This document shows, in pieces, positions 1 through 10,167 of a stretch of DNA of 64,000 nucleotides; within the stretch, counting starts at the first letter, position 1, and the number at the start of each line of letters is the position of its first letter. The stretch is taken from NCBI GenBank assembly GCA_011088265.1, contig JAALKB010000003.1:3670-67669 (forward strand), in the 5' to 3' direction. Below the pieces are notes generated by a model. The model was given only the letters and a program-made list of their open reading frames with translations, was not told where the DNA came from and did not search any database. This DNA comes from Gammaproteobacteria bacterium (GTDB lineage: Bacteria; Pseudomonadota; Gammaproteobacteria; Arenicellales; Poriferihabitantaceae). A program made the translations under genes and the position numbers.

Positions 1-529
1 GGAACCGCAGACAACGAAAATCCATGCCATGCTTTAATTTGAAATACACCCCCAACCGCTCCACTGCAATTTTTGTCACGCCATAGAGATTACTCGGCCA
101 CTGAGGAAAATCCTGGACCATGGGAGACTCTTCCACTTCTCCATAGGAGGCTAAAGTGCTGGCGAAGAAAAACCGACCCACCTTGAATTCCATGGCCAAT
201 TGCATGAGCTGAAATGAGGCAGAGGCATTCACTTCCCAGGCCATCTGAATATCTGCCTCAGAACTTCCGGAGAGTAAGGAAGCCAGATGGAAAATGGTAT
301 CAGGGCGATAGCGCTCCATTGTTTCCCGTAATAATCCGACATCTCGAACATCTCCTTGAACCACCACTTCGTTATCATCGCTCTGATCCATCACTCTCTG
401 ACTCGAACCTGTTCCAGGAATATCAAACTTGATCACCCGCACACCTTGCTCCTTGAGACGTTCCCCTACCAAACGCCCAAGATTTCCATTACCGCCGGTA
501 ATCAATGCCGTTCCCGGTTTACCTGTCAT
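1..529 (-). CDS. NAD-dependent epimerase/dehydratase (extended SDR, threonine-dehydrogenase-like), 3' end outside window
   Basis: Manual minus-strand translation from ATG (cat at 527-529): MTGKPGTALITGGNGNLG (Rossmann GxxGxxG), later NLYGVTK (YxxxK). The frame stays open to position 1. It is missing from the ORF track because it is truncated by the window edge. Confidence 0.7.
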   Translation of the reverse strand, partial: MTGKPGTALITGGNGNLGRLVGERLKEQGVRVIKFDIPGTGSSQRVMDQSDDNEVVVQGDVRDVGLLRETMERYRPDTIFHLASLLSGSSEADIQMAWEVNASASFQLMQLAMEFKVGRFFFASTLASYGEVEESPMVQDFPQWPSNLYGVTKIAVERLGVYFKLKHGMDFRCLRF

Positions 530-712
530 GTATTCAGCTCCTATTGGAATTAGTCAGAAAAATTCATCCTTCACGATGTTATCCGGAATCAATAAAAATG
601 AACACCGATTCTAATGGCACTCTTGAATTCAGCTTACTTCTCGTTCCCCCACCCACGGGAAGATATGAATAATTACGACACTGACCCCGGGAGATAGGCC
701 CCATAAGACAAA

Positions 713-1697
713 CTATCCATCGCCGTCATACTCAATCTTCTCCCGCAATTTGGGGTTACTGATGATACCAACCACGTCCGCGGCCACAATCAGCAACACA
801 TAGGCAGCGGTGATAATTACCCCAATCCCCATCACCAATGCAACATCCTGATGAAGTACCGCATCCACCATTAACTGCCCCACACCAGGATAGACAAACA
901 CGATCTCCACAATAATCACCCCAGTTAATAAATTAGCGACCGCAAGTATGGCGATATTCGTCACCGGACCAATACAGGCAGGCATGACATGAAAAATCAC
1001 AATACGCCAGGTACTCAGTCCTTTAAGGTGGGCCATTTCAATATGGGGTCGGGCGAGTATGGAAAGAATCGCGGCTCGAACAGGAATTAAAATAGTGGCG
1101 ATGAACGCCAGCACTAAAGTCAAAACCGGAAGAACAATATGATAAAGCTGGGTCAGAGGGCCTGAATACAGTGGTGCCAATGCCATACTGGGAAACAGTG
1201 ACAGCTTCACCGCCAACAAAGCCACAATGGCATAACCAGAAAGAAACTCAGGCACACAATAAATCATCATGGCCAAACTGGTGATACCCCGGTCGATGAA
1301 AGTTCCCCTCTTTAACGCCGCATAAACCCCCAGCACCAATGCAAGGGGAATACCCAATATAGCCGCCACAGCACCCAAGTAGAAAGTGTTCGCAAACCGC
1401 TCAAATAACAGAGGAGCGATTTCCCGTCCTCCCCCCGGGGAATACCCAAAATCCCCAACTATCATTTTTTTCAACCATAAAAAATACCGCTCATAGGCGG
1501 GACGGTCGAAACCTGTAAGTTGGGTATACTGGGCCAAAAAGGCATCACTTAAAGGCTCAATATCATGCACTAACTGATGAGCCCGAATCGTCGCAAAGTC
1601 TCCCGGCGACCATTCGATCAACAAAAAGAACACCAAACTGACACCCCCACAATGTCAACAACCCAGTTAGGAGTCTCCTGATAACGAGTTTCATCAT
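713..1697 (-). pseudogene. ABC transporter permease, DppB/OppB (peptide/nickel) family, split by a frameshift
   Basis: ORF 1563..1793 carries the family N-terminus MMKLVIRRLLTGLLTLWG. ORF 713..1636 continues with VFFLLIEWSPGDF and a full BPD permease core. The two frames meet at a C5 run (1644-1648), where 4 C would restore the frame. Confidence 0.8.
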
Positions 1698-1889
1698 CCC
1701 CATAGAGTAGTCAATTCTGGAGAAACCAACAAGTAGAACTCCAGATACAAGCCCGGGATGACCTCCATTGTTTGGACAGATTGCCCACACCAATTAGGTA
1801 CCAATTTGGGACACCCATTATTCCTATCTCCAACTTCGGACACCCCTCATGATTTACAATTCATGAAATCACCAATTCAGGACACCCAT

Positions 1890-2504
1890 ATGTTTACCAT
1901 TTATTATGCCCATAGCACTGCGGCTATTGCGCCTCAGATTTTATTGGAGGAATCGGGGGCCAATTATGAGTCCAGATGCATTGATTTCTCGAACAGGGAT
2001 CAACAGTCTCCTGAATACCTTGCAATTAACCCTAAGGGTAGGGTGCCTGCGCTTATCACCCCCCGGGGAACATTGACTGAAGTTCCTGCACTTTTGGCGT
2101 ATATCGCCCAAATCTATCCAGAAAAGAATCTGGAGCCAACGGATCCTTTTGAGTTTGCCGAAGCTCAGGAATTTAATGCCTATCTCTGTTCCACGGTACA
2201 TGTTGCCCATGCCCATAAAATGCGGGGTTCGAGATGGTCCAATGATCCCTCCAGCCATGAGAGTATGAGAGCCAAGGTGGTGGAAAATCTCGAAGAATGT
2301 GCCCGGGTCATTGAGTCCCATTATTTCAAAGGTCCCTGGGTCATGGGAGAAAACTATTCCCTGTGTGATCCCTACCTTTATTTAATTAGTCGCTGGTTGG
2401 AGGGTGATGGTGTGGATATTGCACAGTTTCAAAAAATCAAAAATCATCGCGATAATATGCTAGCAAGACCTGCTACCCAGACAATCATTGCCTTACATGC
2501 CTGA
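1890..2504 (+). CDS. glutathione S-transferase family protein
   Basis: Translation MFTIYYAHSTAAIAPQILLEESG...INPKGRVPAL shows the GST N-terminal thioredoxin-like fold motif plus an alpha-helical C-domain. ATG at 1890 inside the longer ORF 1758..2504. Confidence 0.8.
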   Translation: MFTIYYAHSTAAIAPQILLEESGANYESRCIDFSNRDQQSPEYLAINPKGRVPALITPRGTLTEVPALLAYIAQIYPEKNLEPTDPFEFAEAQEFNAYLCSTVHVAHAHKMRGSRWSNDPSSHESMRAKVVENLEECARVIESHYFKGPWVMGENYSLCDPYLYLISRWLEGDGVDIAQFQKIKNHRDNMLARPATQTIIALHA

Positions 2505-2612
2505 GGGACAAATCGATTCCTGGAAAAAGCTTTTTGGGGGAGGCTTGATAATGCGCAGTGATGCGAACTAGAAATACTTTCGGTGGAAGATATTAGGACA
2601 GAAAAATTCATG

Positions 2613-2643
2613 GAATAGCCGTTTTAAAGTCGAACGGCTATTC
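2613..2643 (-). terminator. perfect 11-bp stem hairpin between convergent genes
   Basis: gaatagccgtt / ttaaagtcg / aacggctattc. On the minus strand it is followed by catgaattttt, so it is the likely terminator of the thiBPQ/dioxygenase transcript. Confidence 0.5.
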
Positions 2644-2680
2644 GTCCAGACCGATCCCGTCAAATTGAGTCAACTCGCCA

Positions 2681-3796
2681 TTAACCCAGATCCCTCATCA
2701 AACATTTCTGCCGGCTGGAGACCGTGTCTCGGTCTAAATAGCAATGCCTCATGTGCCGATCTCCAGTGGTTATGTCGAAGGCTGTACGGCCATGAAAAAT
2801 TCGATAGTTATCCCAAATGAAAGCGTCCCCAGGTTGTAACTTGGTAGTAAGGGTATGTTCATCAGAAAAAATGAGATCAGCAAACTGCTTACGGCCACGA
2901 TAATAACGGTCCAGCGTGGTCGGGGATAAAGGAGGAACCTGCTCAGTGCGATTAGAGAAACGCACCCGTTGAACATCACCTGCTTCATTCAATTCGATAA
3001 GCGGGCCGCTATCCTCCAGGATGGCGGAGTCCTCAGCGTGTCGGAAGTTGGGCGCGATGGTGGTTAATGCATCAAAAGCTTCCGGGGCAGATTTCCGTAA
3101 CGCATCGGCAACACCAAACCCATCCACCATGATGGACTCCCCACCGTCGGCATTATTGCGTAAACACTGCATAAAAATGTACCCCGGCGCAGGCAAACGA
3201 TAGGGGTTGTCTGCATGGGGCGCTAAAGAGCGGGCGGTCATGGTCAGATCATAGGGGTTAGGGATATTCCTGACATCCGCCAGGGTTCCCCAGTTCGTTT
3301 CCCGCATGGGACCTACACAGTCGCAGAGGGATTTAAGCGCATGAGCATCAATGGCCAATCCCTGAACATGCACGAAACCATATTTCGCTAATGTCCCCAA
3401 AGCAGACAATACCCTTGACTCGTCATTTTGTAGATCGGTGAGTTCATAAGTGGGATAGTCATCGAAACCCCTCCCCCAGAAAACTTTTGCACCAATCAGG
3501 TCATCCGGGCGGTGCTGCTCTGCACGATCACGCAACATTTTCACCGGAAAGTCACAGGAATGGCCATCCGAAAACATCAGATTCACGTTACCATTAGAAT
3601 CGATTTGCGCTGAATCGATGGCAATATCCAGAGGGTGATCCGTTGCCTGGGGAATACGTGCACCGATGTTTTCATCCCGATATTCCGCATCCATGGAGTT
3701 TTCCCGCAACCATAACGGATGAAAAAGATAATGATAACTCTGCCCCCAGTAAACCATGAGCCCCCGGGGCTGAACGTCGAGGTGAATATCTAACAT
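2681..3796 (-). CDS. gamma-butyrobetaine dioxygenase-like Fe(II)/2-oxoglutarate oxygenase (TauD/BBOX family with DUF971-type N-domain)
   Basis: PHADNPY...GGESIMVDGF...WDNYRIFHGRTAF matches the recalled BBOX1 pattern HTDYP...GGDSEIVDGF...FDNWRLLHGRRSY (HxD...H facial triad). 371 aa. Confidence 0.75.
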   Translation of the reverse strand: MLDIHLDVQPRGLMVYWGQSYHYLFHPLWLRENSMDAEYRDENIGARIPQATDHPLDIAIDSAQIDSNGNVNLMFSDGHSCDFPVKMLRDRAEQHRPDDLIGAKVFWGRGFDDYPTYELTDLQNDESRVLSALGTLAKYGFVHVQGLAIDAHALKSLCDCVGPMRETNWGTLADVRNIPNPYDLTMTARSLAPHADNPYRLPAPGYIFMQCLRNNADGGESIMVDGFGVADALRKSAPEAFDALTTIAPNFRHAEDSAILEDSGPLIELNEAGDVQRVRFSNRTEQVPPLSPTTLDRYYRGRKQFADLIFSDEHTLTTKLQPGDAFIWDNYRIFHGRTAFDITTGDRHMRHCYLDRDTVSSRQKCLMRDLG

Positions 3797-3831
3797 GTCG
3801 AGTCTCTACTTAGTGGTTCATAAATTACCCA

Positions 3832-4455
3832 TTAAAACAAATAAACTTCGGCGTTTAGCGCCTGAGCATCGCCCATCTGATGGGTAGAGATAATGAGAGT
3901 GAGCTGATGTTTTGCTCTGAGTTGATTGATCAACTCTATAATCTGGGAACGCCGGGCCTGATCCAATGCGCTAAACGGTTCGTCGAGCAGCAAGATGGAT
4001 TTATCGCAAAGCAGGCTGCGCGCCAGTCCACGAGCCAAGCCTACTCTCTGTTGTTGTCCGCCGGATAACTGGTCAGGTCGCCGATCACCAAAACCAGACA
4101 AGCCAACCGTTTCCAATGAGTGGTCAATCTGTTTTTTTTCGTCACTGGAGAGCTTTAAACCAGGGTGAATACCCAGAGCAATATTTTGCCATACGCTGAG
4201 ATGTGGAAAAAGGTTATGTTGTTGAAAAAGATAACTAAGCGGTCGAGCATCTGGTCTTAAAGTCAATAGGCTTTGGGAGCCGAATCGAATATCGCCTCGA
4301 TGCGGAGACAAAAAACCCGCGATTAAATCCAGCGTTGTGGTTTTGCCACATCCGCTTGGGCCCATCAGCGCCAACGCCCCTCCCGCTGCTAGCTCAAAAT
4401 CCACGCTAATTGAAACTTCGGGATAGTCATATGCCACATGATCAAGTTTTAGCAT
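3832..4455 (-). CDS. thiQ: thiamine ABC transporter ATP-binding protein
   Basis: Walker A GPSGCGKTT, signature LSGGQQQRV, Walker B LLLDEP. It is the last gene of a thiB-thiP-thiQ array. The start at 4455 overlaps the thiP stop. Confidence 0.85.
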   Translation of the reverse strand: MLKLDHVAYDYPEVSISVDFELAAGGALALMGPSGCGKTTTLDLIAGFLSPHRGDIRFGSQSLLTLRPDARPLSYLFQQHNLFPHLSVWQNIALGIHPGLKLSSDEKKQIDHSLETVGLSGFGDRRPDQLSGGQQQRVGLARGLARSLLCDKSILLLDEPFSALDQARRSQIIELINQLRAKHQLTLIISTHQMGDAQALNAEVYLF

Positions 4456-6067
4456 TGTAATGTCCTTCTTTGCCGCCAATAAATCGTTCGATAATGACAA
4501 ATATGATCAGACACAACAGGCATAAAACTACAGCCACCACCGCTGCCTGGTCGAGTCGATAGTTTCCGAGTAACCGGTAGATGAGTAATGGCAACGTGGA
4601 TAGATTATCCGTACCAAACAGGGCTATCACTCCCATATCACCAATGGAAAGTGTGGTGGTCACCGCCAGCGCATAGCCCAGTGGCTTGCGCAATCCCGGC
4701 CAGAAAACCCACCGCCATTGATTCAGGCCGCTCATTCCTAAACCCTGACTCAACCGATCGAATCGTTGTTTTTGTTGGTGAACCGGTGGAATCAGGATTC
4801 TCAATGCAAAAGGCAGAATGAATAGGACGTTAATCCCAACTACCAGGGCCGGCCCAAGGGTACTGATATCCGTTGTGCTTCGAAATAGTAGAAAAAGACC
4901 TGTCCCCAAGGTAATTGGCGGCATGATAAGCGCCATCATACCAACCAGTTCAGGTATTACCGCGACGGACTGATACCGGGTATTCAGACGAAGGGTCGCC
5001 ACCATTTGAGCGATAACCAGAGCGAATACGGTGGCTATGGTTCCTGCGACAAAAGCAATGAGCACGCTGGTTTCCAACGCTTTTAAAAATCCGGAATGGG
5101 CGAGGATCGCGAAACCCTTTCCATGCAGTACTTTTAGTACCACGGCTAAAAAAGGCGACAGTAAAAATAATGTGGCTATTAGAATAACTGCGATGTCCAA
5201 TAAGCGAGGAACTATCAAACCAGGAACAGAGGAAGCACTGTCAATACTATCTCCGTCGGGGCGATAGAAGCCCGGACGGTGCTCGGATTGAAGTTTGACT
5301 CCGTTGGACGAAGAAAAAAATACAAAACCAAGTGCAACACATAGAACAATCTGAATAAGTGAAAGAGATACCGCAGTAGACAAATTAAAATCAAAACGCA
5401 AAGCCTGATAAATAGCCACCTCCAATGTGGTGGATTGAGGACCCCCGCCCAACGCCAACACGATCGCGAAACTGGTAAAACATAATAAAAACACGATTCC
5501 CGCCGCACCGGGAATTAACCCCCGAATAACGGGCCATTCGACCCGGGACACCAGATTAAAACCGGTCACACCCAAATGACTCGCAAGACGCCACTGATGT
5601 TGCGGGATTTCCATTAAGCCGTTAAGAAATAGTCGGGTCACCAGAGGAACATTGAAAAACAAATGGGCAATTAGAATTCCATTTAGTCCATAAAGATAAT
5701 CCTGCCGGGGGAAACCCAGAACACCGAGAAAGTCATTTACCAATCCGCTTCGGCCATGTACGCCCACAATGCCAATGATGGCAACCATGGTCGGTACGAT
5801 AAGCGAAATACTGGTGAGACGGAGGAGAATACTTCGGCCAAAAAAATGGGGGCGGCGATGCAAAGCCCGGGCAAGAGGAAAGGCAAAAAGCAGACTTAAA
5901 GATGTGGATAGCGCTGCTTGCCACAAAGTGAATTGGATGACGGATCGAATATAGGGCTTTTGAAGTTGATCAATGATCGCAATGCTTCCGGATTCAAAAA
6001 TTAACCCCACGAAACCACCGATAACACTAATACCAACCAGCAATAGCACCATCGTACCCGGCATCAA
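4442..6067 (-). CDS. thiP: thiamine ABC transporter permease (duplicated two-module permease)
   Basis: 541-aa polytopic protein with two BPD-type permease modules, positioned between the binding protein and the ATPase. Confidence 0.85.
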   Translation of the reverse strand: MMPGTMVLLLVGISVIGGFVGLIFESGSIAIIDQLQKPYIRSVIQFTLWQAALSTSLSLLFAFPLARALHRRPHFFGRSILLRLTSISLIVPTMVAIIGIVGVHGRSGLVNDFLGVLGFPRQDYLYGLNGILIAHLFFNVPLVTRLFLNGLMEIPQHQWRLASHLGVTGFNLVSRVEWPVIRGLIPGAAGIVFLLCFTSFAIVLALGGGPQSTTLEVAIYQALRFDFNLSTAVSLSLIQIVLCVALGFVFFSSSNGVKLQSEHRPGFYRPDGDSIDSASSVPGLIVPRLLDIAVILIATLFLLSPFLAVVLKVLHGKGFAILAHSGFLKALETSVLIAFVAGTIATVFALVIAQMVATLRLNTRYQSVAVIPELVGMMALIMPPITLGTGLFLLFRSTTDISTLGPALVVGINVLFILPFALRILIPPVHQQKQRFDRLSQGLGMSGLNQWRWVFWPGLRKPLGYALAVTTTLSIGDMGVIALFGTDNLSTLPLLIYRLLGNYRLDQAAVVAVVLCLLCLIIFVIIERFIGGKEGHYNAKT

Positions 6068-6183
6068 ATTGCCGATACTAGACGAATTGGAAAATCGATT
6101 AAAGACCGGGAAACACCCGGTCTTTCGGGTGGGCTTAATTCGTTTCGATTTGGCCGAGGAATCTATGCAGAAATCCTCATGGC

Positions 6184-7176
6184 TTAATTCGATAGCGCCT
6201 GATTGAACTCATCAATCCAACCGCCTTTGTTTTGCGAGATTTCCCCAGCATCCATCATCAGACTGATCGCAGGATTCACGAGCTTACCGAAGTCTTCAGG
6301 CAAACCCTCATCCAGGGAAACAACGGGGAACATCCAGTTTCCCATTGGAATAATAGACTGGAAATCCTGAGTCAGGATGAACTGCATAAAACGGTCCGCA
6401 AGCTCAGGGTTTGGTGCATTCTTGAGCTTTGCAGCGACCTCAATCTGCATACCATGACCATCACTGAAACTGGCAGCCTGGTACCTGGATTCACTCTCTG
6501 CGATCATGTGGTAAGCCGGTGACGTGGTGTAACTTAATACCATGTCAGCCTCCCCTTCCAAAAACATGCCATAGGCTTCGGACCAACCTTTGGTCACGGT
6601 CAGTATGCGGGGTTTTAGCTTCTGCCAGACTTCTGCGGCCCTGTCACCATAAACTGATTTCACCCAAAGCATTAGACCCAATCCTGGAGTACTGGATCCT
6701 GGATCCTGAATTACAATTTTAAGATCATTATCGGCTTCAACCAATTCATCAAAACTCCCAGGGGGATTGGGGTGGGTTTCGGTGTTATAGATAAAAGCGA
6801 AGTAACCGAAGTCGAAAGGAAGAAATTTTCCGTTGTCCCAGGAAATCGGTAAATTCAGCGATGACATGTCGACACCATGGGGAGCAATGAGCCCGGTATT
6901 TTCGGCATCAACGATCAGGCTGTTATCGAGACCTAATACAATATCGGCAGAGGACCCGGCTCCCTCTAATTGGACTCGACTAAGAATTCCGGTTGAACTA
7001 TCAACAGAAACAAACTTCAGATCACATTCGCAGACCGCTTCGAAGGCTTGTTCAATTTTTGGTCCGGGACCCCATTCTGATGAAAACGAATCGTAGGTAT
7101 AGACGTTGAGTGTGGGTTTGTTCTGGGCCAGGGCCTGAACACTAAACAGCAAAGAAAGTAAAACAAATAGTCGCAT
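6184..7176 (-). CDS. thiB: thiamine/TPP periplasmic binding protein
   Basis: Signal peptide MRLFVLLSLLFSVQALA followed by NVYTYDSF...WGPG, typical of TbpA. A TPP riboswitch lies directly upstream. Confidence 0.85.
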   Translation of the reverse strand: MRLFVLLSLLFSVQALAQNKPTLNVYTYDSFSSEWGPGPKIEQAFEAVCECDLKFVSVDSSTGILSRVQLEGAGSSADIVLGLDNSLIVDAENTGLIAPHGVDMSSLNLPISWDNGKFLPFDFGYFAFIYNTETHPNPPGSFDELVEADNDLKIVIQDPGSSTPGLGLMLWVKSVYGDRAAEVWQKLKPRILTVTKGWSEAYGMFLEGEADMVLSYTTSPAYHMIAESESRYQAASFSDGHGMQIEVAAKLKNAPNPELADRFMQFILTQDFQSIIPMGNWMFPVVSLDEGLPEDFGKLVNPAISLMMDAGEISQNKGGWIDEFNQALSN

Positions 7177-7261
7177 TGGAGAAAGCCTCTAAAAACGTTT
7201 AAGTCAATGCGGAGTGGTGAATTAACACGAGAGCGAAGAAACGGAGTTTCCCAACTAATGG

Positions 7262-7358
7262 TTAAGCGCTCAATCCCTCCGCCAGTATGACCTGGATCAG
7301 GTTCGACGGGTCGTCTTGAGTCACTACCCAAGCCTCTCAGCATGTGCACCCCGTTGAG
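7262..7358 (-). promoter_or_regulatory. TPP (THI-box) riboswitch
   Basis: Minus-strand sequence caacGGGGTGCacatgCTGAGAggcttgggtagtgactcaagacgACCCgtcGAACCTGATCCAGGTCATACTGGCGGAGGGAttgag carries all conserved THI-element blocks. It sits about 90 nt upstream of thiB. Confidence 0.92.
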
Positions 7359-7546
7359 TCGACCGCAATGATATCCGTTTACTCTCGGCAATACAAATCT
7401 GCTTCTTGAAAAACTACTTCCTGGTTTTATCTTGATCCAGAAGACCGCTGCCCCTACAGCAGCAGGAGTTAGGTTTTATTTGGATAATTGGACGTTATGC
7501 ATCAGACTATGCATTCCATTTAAAACCCAGTGCATAAGGATTGGAA

Positions 7547-8473
7547 ATGACTAGCATGAAAGCAGACCTGCCTCCCATGGACACCCTGGCAAGTTTTGAA
7601 GCAGCGGCTCGTTTGCAGAGTTTTACCCTCGCGGCAAAAGAACTGCATATCACTCAAGCGGCGGTGAGTAGACAAATGCGTTTATTGGAAGACAGTTTGA
7701 AGACGCCATTGTTTCATCGCGCCCATCGCTCCGTTAGTCTCACAACCCGAGGCAAAGAGTTTTATAGCACCATCACACTGGCATTAACTCACATCGCCAA
7801 CGCCACCCGGTCCTTAAGGGACAATCCCAAGTCCCAACAAATCACCATTGTTGCAGACCAGTCCATTGCCTGGTTGTGGCTTATGCCGCGTTTGGCAAGA
7901 TTTCGGGAATGTTTTCCTGGCGTCGATGTTCGATTGATCGTTTCCGACCACAAAGCCAACTATGTCGCGGATGATGTGGACATCGCCCTGACATTTGGGC
8001 CTGGTCATTGGCTAGGATTCAACCATATCCTGCTTTTTGAAGAAGAAATTTTTCCGGTTTGCAGTCCCGCTTATCTGCAGGAACGGCAAGATGTATTGGC
8101 TTACGAAGGAGCAGATTTGAATGACCTATTGAAAACAGGCACGTTGCTGGATCTCGAAGACGACCAATGGGGTTGGGTTAACTGGCAGGTGTGGATGACA
8201 GAAATGGGGCTATCCCATCTACCGACCAATAACGCAATCAATATCAATAATTATCCTCTGGTACTCGAAAGCGCCAGGAACGGCATGGGATTTGCTTTGG
8301 GGTGGAAACATCTGGTAGACGAATTGTTAGAAAAAGGGGAACTGGTTCGTCCCTTTGAACGCTATTACCGTTCGGATAAAGGCTATTATTTATTAACCCG
8401 GAAAATGGGTACCGCTAACGAGGGCATTACCGGGTTTAGGAATTGGGTTTGTAATCAATTTTCGCGCGGCTGA
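7547..8473 (+). CDS. LysR-family transcriptional regulator (GcvA-like)
   Basis: N-terminal wHTH LASFEAAARLQSFTLAAKELHITQAAVSRQMRLLE plus a LysR substrate-binding domain. AAGGA lies 6 nt before ATG 7547. Confidence 0.85.
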   Translation: MTSMKADLPPMDTLASFEAAARLQSFTLAAKELHITQAAVSRQMRLLEDSLKTPLFHRAHRSVSLTTRGKEFYSTITLALTHIANATRSLRDNPKSQQITIVADQSIAWLWLMPRLARFRECFPGVDVRLIVSDHKANYVADDVDIALTFGPGHWLGFNHILLFEEEIFPVCSPAYLQERQDVLAYEGADLNDLLKTGTLLDLEDDQWGWVNWQVWMTEMGLSHLPTNNAININNYPLVLESARNGMGFALGWKHLVDELLEKGELVRPFERYYRSDKGYYLLTRKMGTANEGITGFRNWVCNQFSRG

Positions 8474-8652
8474 CTTTTTGCTCAGAAAATGGGGAGGCTA
8501 ACTCCTGAAAGCAATCACAGTTGATATGTATTTCCAGAGAGAAACGCGGAGATATGCGACCAGGCGTGTAGGCAATAACCGGGAAATGATGCACTATGAG
8601 GACCAATTTTCAACGAACAGGGAGTCATGGCAACAGGTCATAACCAAAAACG

Positions 8653-9828
8653 TTAATCGATGATTGGAGCTTCCATGGTCTCAACGTATAGCTTCTGAAA
8701 ATGATGCACCGCATGTTCGCTTAACTCCGTGAGGCCATTATCAGTCACAAATCGACCCTGGTTATAGCCCCTGGAATGGAGGCCTTGCTGAACACTTTCA
8801 CATAACGCCACGTCCTCAGGCTGCAACACATCTTTCTGATAAGCCATGGCTTCAGCCAATTGAGGAGTTGGTTCGGGATTTAACGTAAACCAGTCCTGAT
8901 ATTCAATGGTGTTTACCGCTCCGTTGGGAATCATCTGCAATGTGGAGATATTCGGTTCTCCTGGATAAACCCAAATAGTCAGATTAGGCCAAAGAAACCA
9001 ACCGGCATAACCGAAATCAACATCGCCGGGTTTGAACTTAAACGCACTGTTGTCTGTGGTCCTGGCTTTACCAGAGCATTGGCTGGAATAAATTCCCCGG
9101 GTGATGGTGCGATAGGAGTTCATGTCAACCAGATCGACAAAATCCTTGTGGGCCGGATCACAGTGATAACACTCCAGGAAGTTATCGACCAGCACCTTCC
9201 AGTTTGATTCAACGTGATAGGTATCCCGTTGAGAAAAAACCAGATCATCGATCCTTGGGCAATAGTGACGAATCTCTGATTCAAGATCAACAGTCTGTTC
9301 ACATAGCACAGCGTCCGGATCGAGATTTACGAAGATCATGCTGCAAAAAATTTCCACTCTTACCGGCTTGAGTGCAAAGTCGCATTTCCTGAAACCTGCC
9401 ATTTCCTCCGTATTACGGGCGCTTTTTAGTTCTCCGTTATGACCATAGGCCCAGGCGTGATACGGACAGACAATAATATTGGAACGACCCGAGCCGCTTA
9501 CCAGGGCGTGACCCCGATGTTGACAGACATTGTAAAACCCATTGATTTCCCCTTCCCGGGAACGAATAACGAACACGTTTTGGTCATGAACCTTCGTCGT
9601 CATGTATTCACCAGCCTTTGCGACCTGGCTTGTATGCCCTACAAACCACCAGCTTTTATAGCATACGGCAGATTTTTCTTTTTGATAAATGTTCACGTCG
9701 TGATAGTAGCGGGCGGGGATGGTGAACGATTTTTCTGGAGAAGCACTGAAATGCTGGTCGCCTGGACGCATTTTCATTACTGGCAAGGTCATTGAGTGAT
9801 ACCGATTCTGTTGTCTGAATTTGGCCAT
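8653..9828 (-). CDS. Rieske [2Fe-2S] oxygenase alpha subunit, CntA/GbcA-like (quaternary-amine monooxygenase family)
   Basis: Rieske motif CQHRGHALV...CPYHAWAY. Catalytic domain NWKVLVDNFLECYHCDPAH. The N-terminus FTIPARYYHD...EKSAVCYKSWWFVGH resembles the carnitine/glycine-betaine monooxygenase family. Confidence 0.75.
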   Translation of the reverse strand: MAKFRQQNRYHSMTLPVMKMRPGDQHFSASPEKSFTIPARYYHDVNIYQKEKSAVCYKSWWFVGHTSQVAKAGEYMTTKVHDQNVFVIRSREGEINGFYNVCQHRGHALVSGSGRSNIIVCPYHAWAYGHNGELKSARNTEEMAGFRKCDFALKPVRVEIFCSMIFVNLDPDAVLCEQTVDLESEIRHYCPRIDDLVFSQRDTYHVESNWKVLVDNFLECYHCDPAHKDFVDLVDMNSYRTITRGIYSSQCSGKARTTDNSAFKFKPGDVDFGYAGWFLWPNLTIWVYPGEPNISTLQMIPNGAVNTIEYQDWFTLNPEPTPQLAEAMAYQKDVLQPEDVALCESVQQGLHSRGYNQGRFVTDNGLTELSEHAVHHFQKLYVETMEAPIID

Positions 9829-9914
9829 ACCATATGCGCCTCAATACAGGGGGTCAAACAATGATTTCTGATGAATTAGGATAACCGTTGGTTATGGCAA
9901 AATAAAAACCAGGT

Positions 9915-9942
9915 ACACCGACAGGAGCCTACCTGTCGGTGT
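9915..9942 (-). terminator. perfect 11-bp stem hairpin with minus-strand T-tract
   Basis: acaccgacagg / agccta / cctgtcggtgt. On the minus strand it is followed by acctggtttttatttt. It lies between the decarboxylase gene and the Rieske gene. Confidence 0.5.
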
Positions 9943-10167
9943 CTTATAGAAACTTTGCAAACCCACTTGGACTGCCTGAAGATTAATCCAGGAAGCACTG
10001 TTCCAATCAAATGTCGCCGATTCCGGCATGAGCCTCCATTCCTCCCAAACGGGAAATTCAGGCAGCGGTGGTCGCTACTTCCCGGTTAGCTTCCCTGGTC
10101 GAAGTAGGACAGTTTTAAATTAATGAATCATGATAAGCCGCTATTAAGTCACTATAAAAATAGAAAA

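Noticed and set aside
7017-7391. 124-aa minus-strand ORF covering the thiB leader.
   Set aside because: It overlaps an unambiguous TPP riboswitch and the thiB start. There is no coding signal, so it is a by-product of the structured RNA.
9946-10167. GGGAAG/ACCGGGAAG-containing stretch downstream of the decarboxylase gene, considered as a cobalamin or other riboswitch.
   Set aside because: It lacks the B12-box (GCCACTG-like) and other conserved blocks, and lies 3' of a gene rather than in a clear leader. I could not match it to any class by eye.
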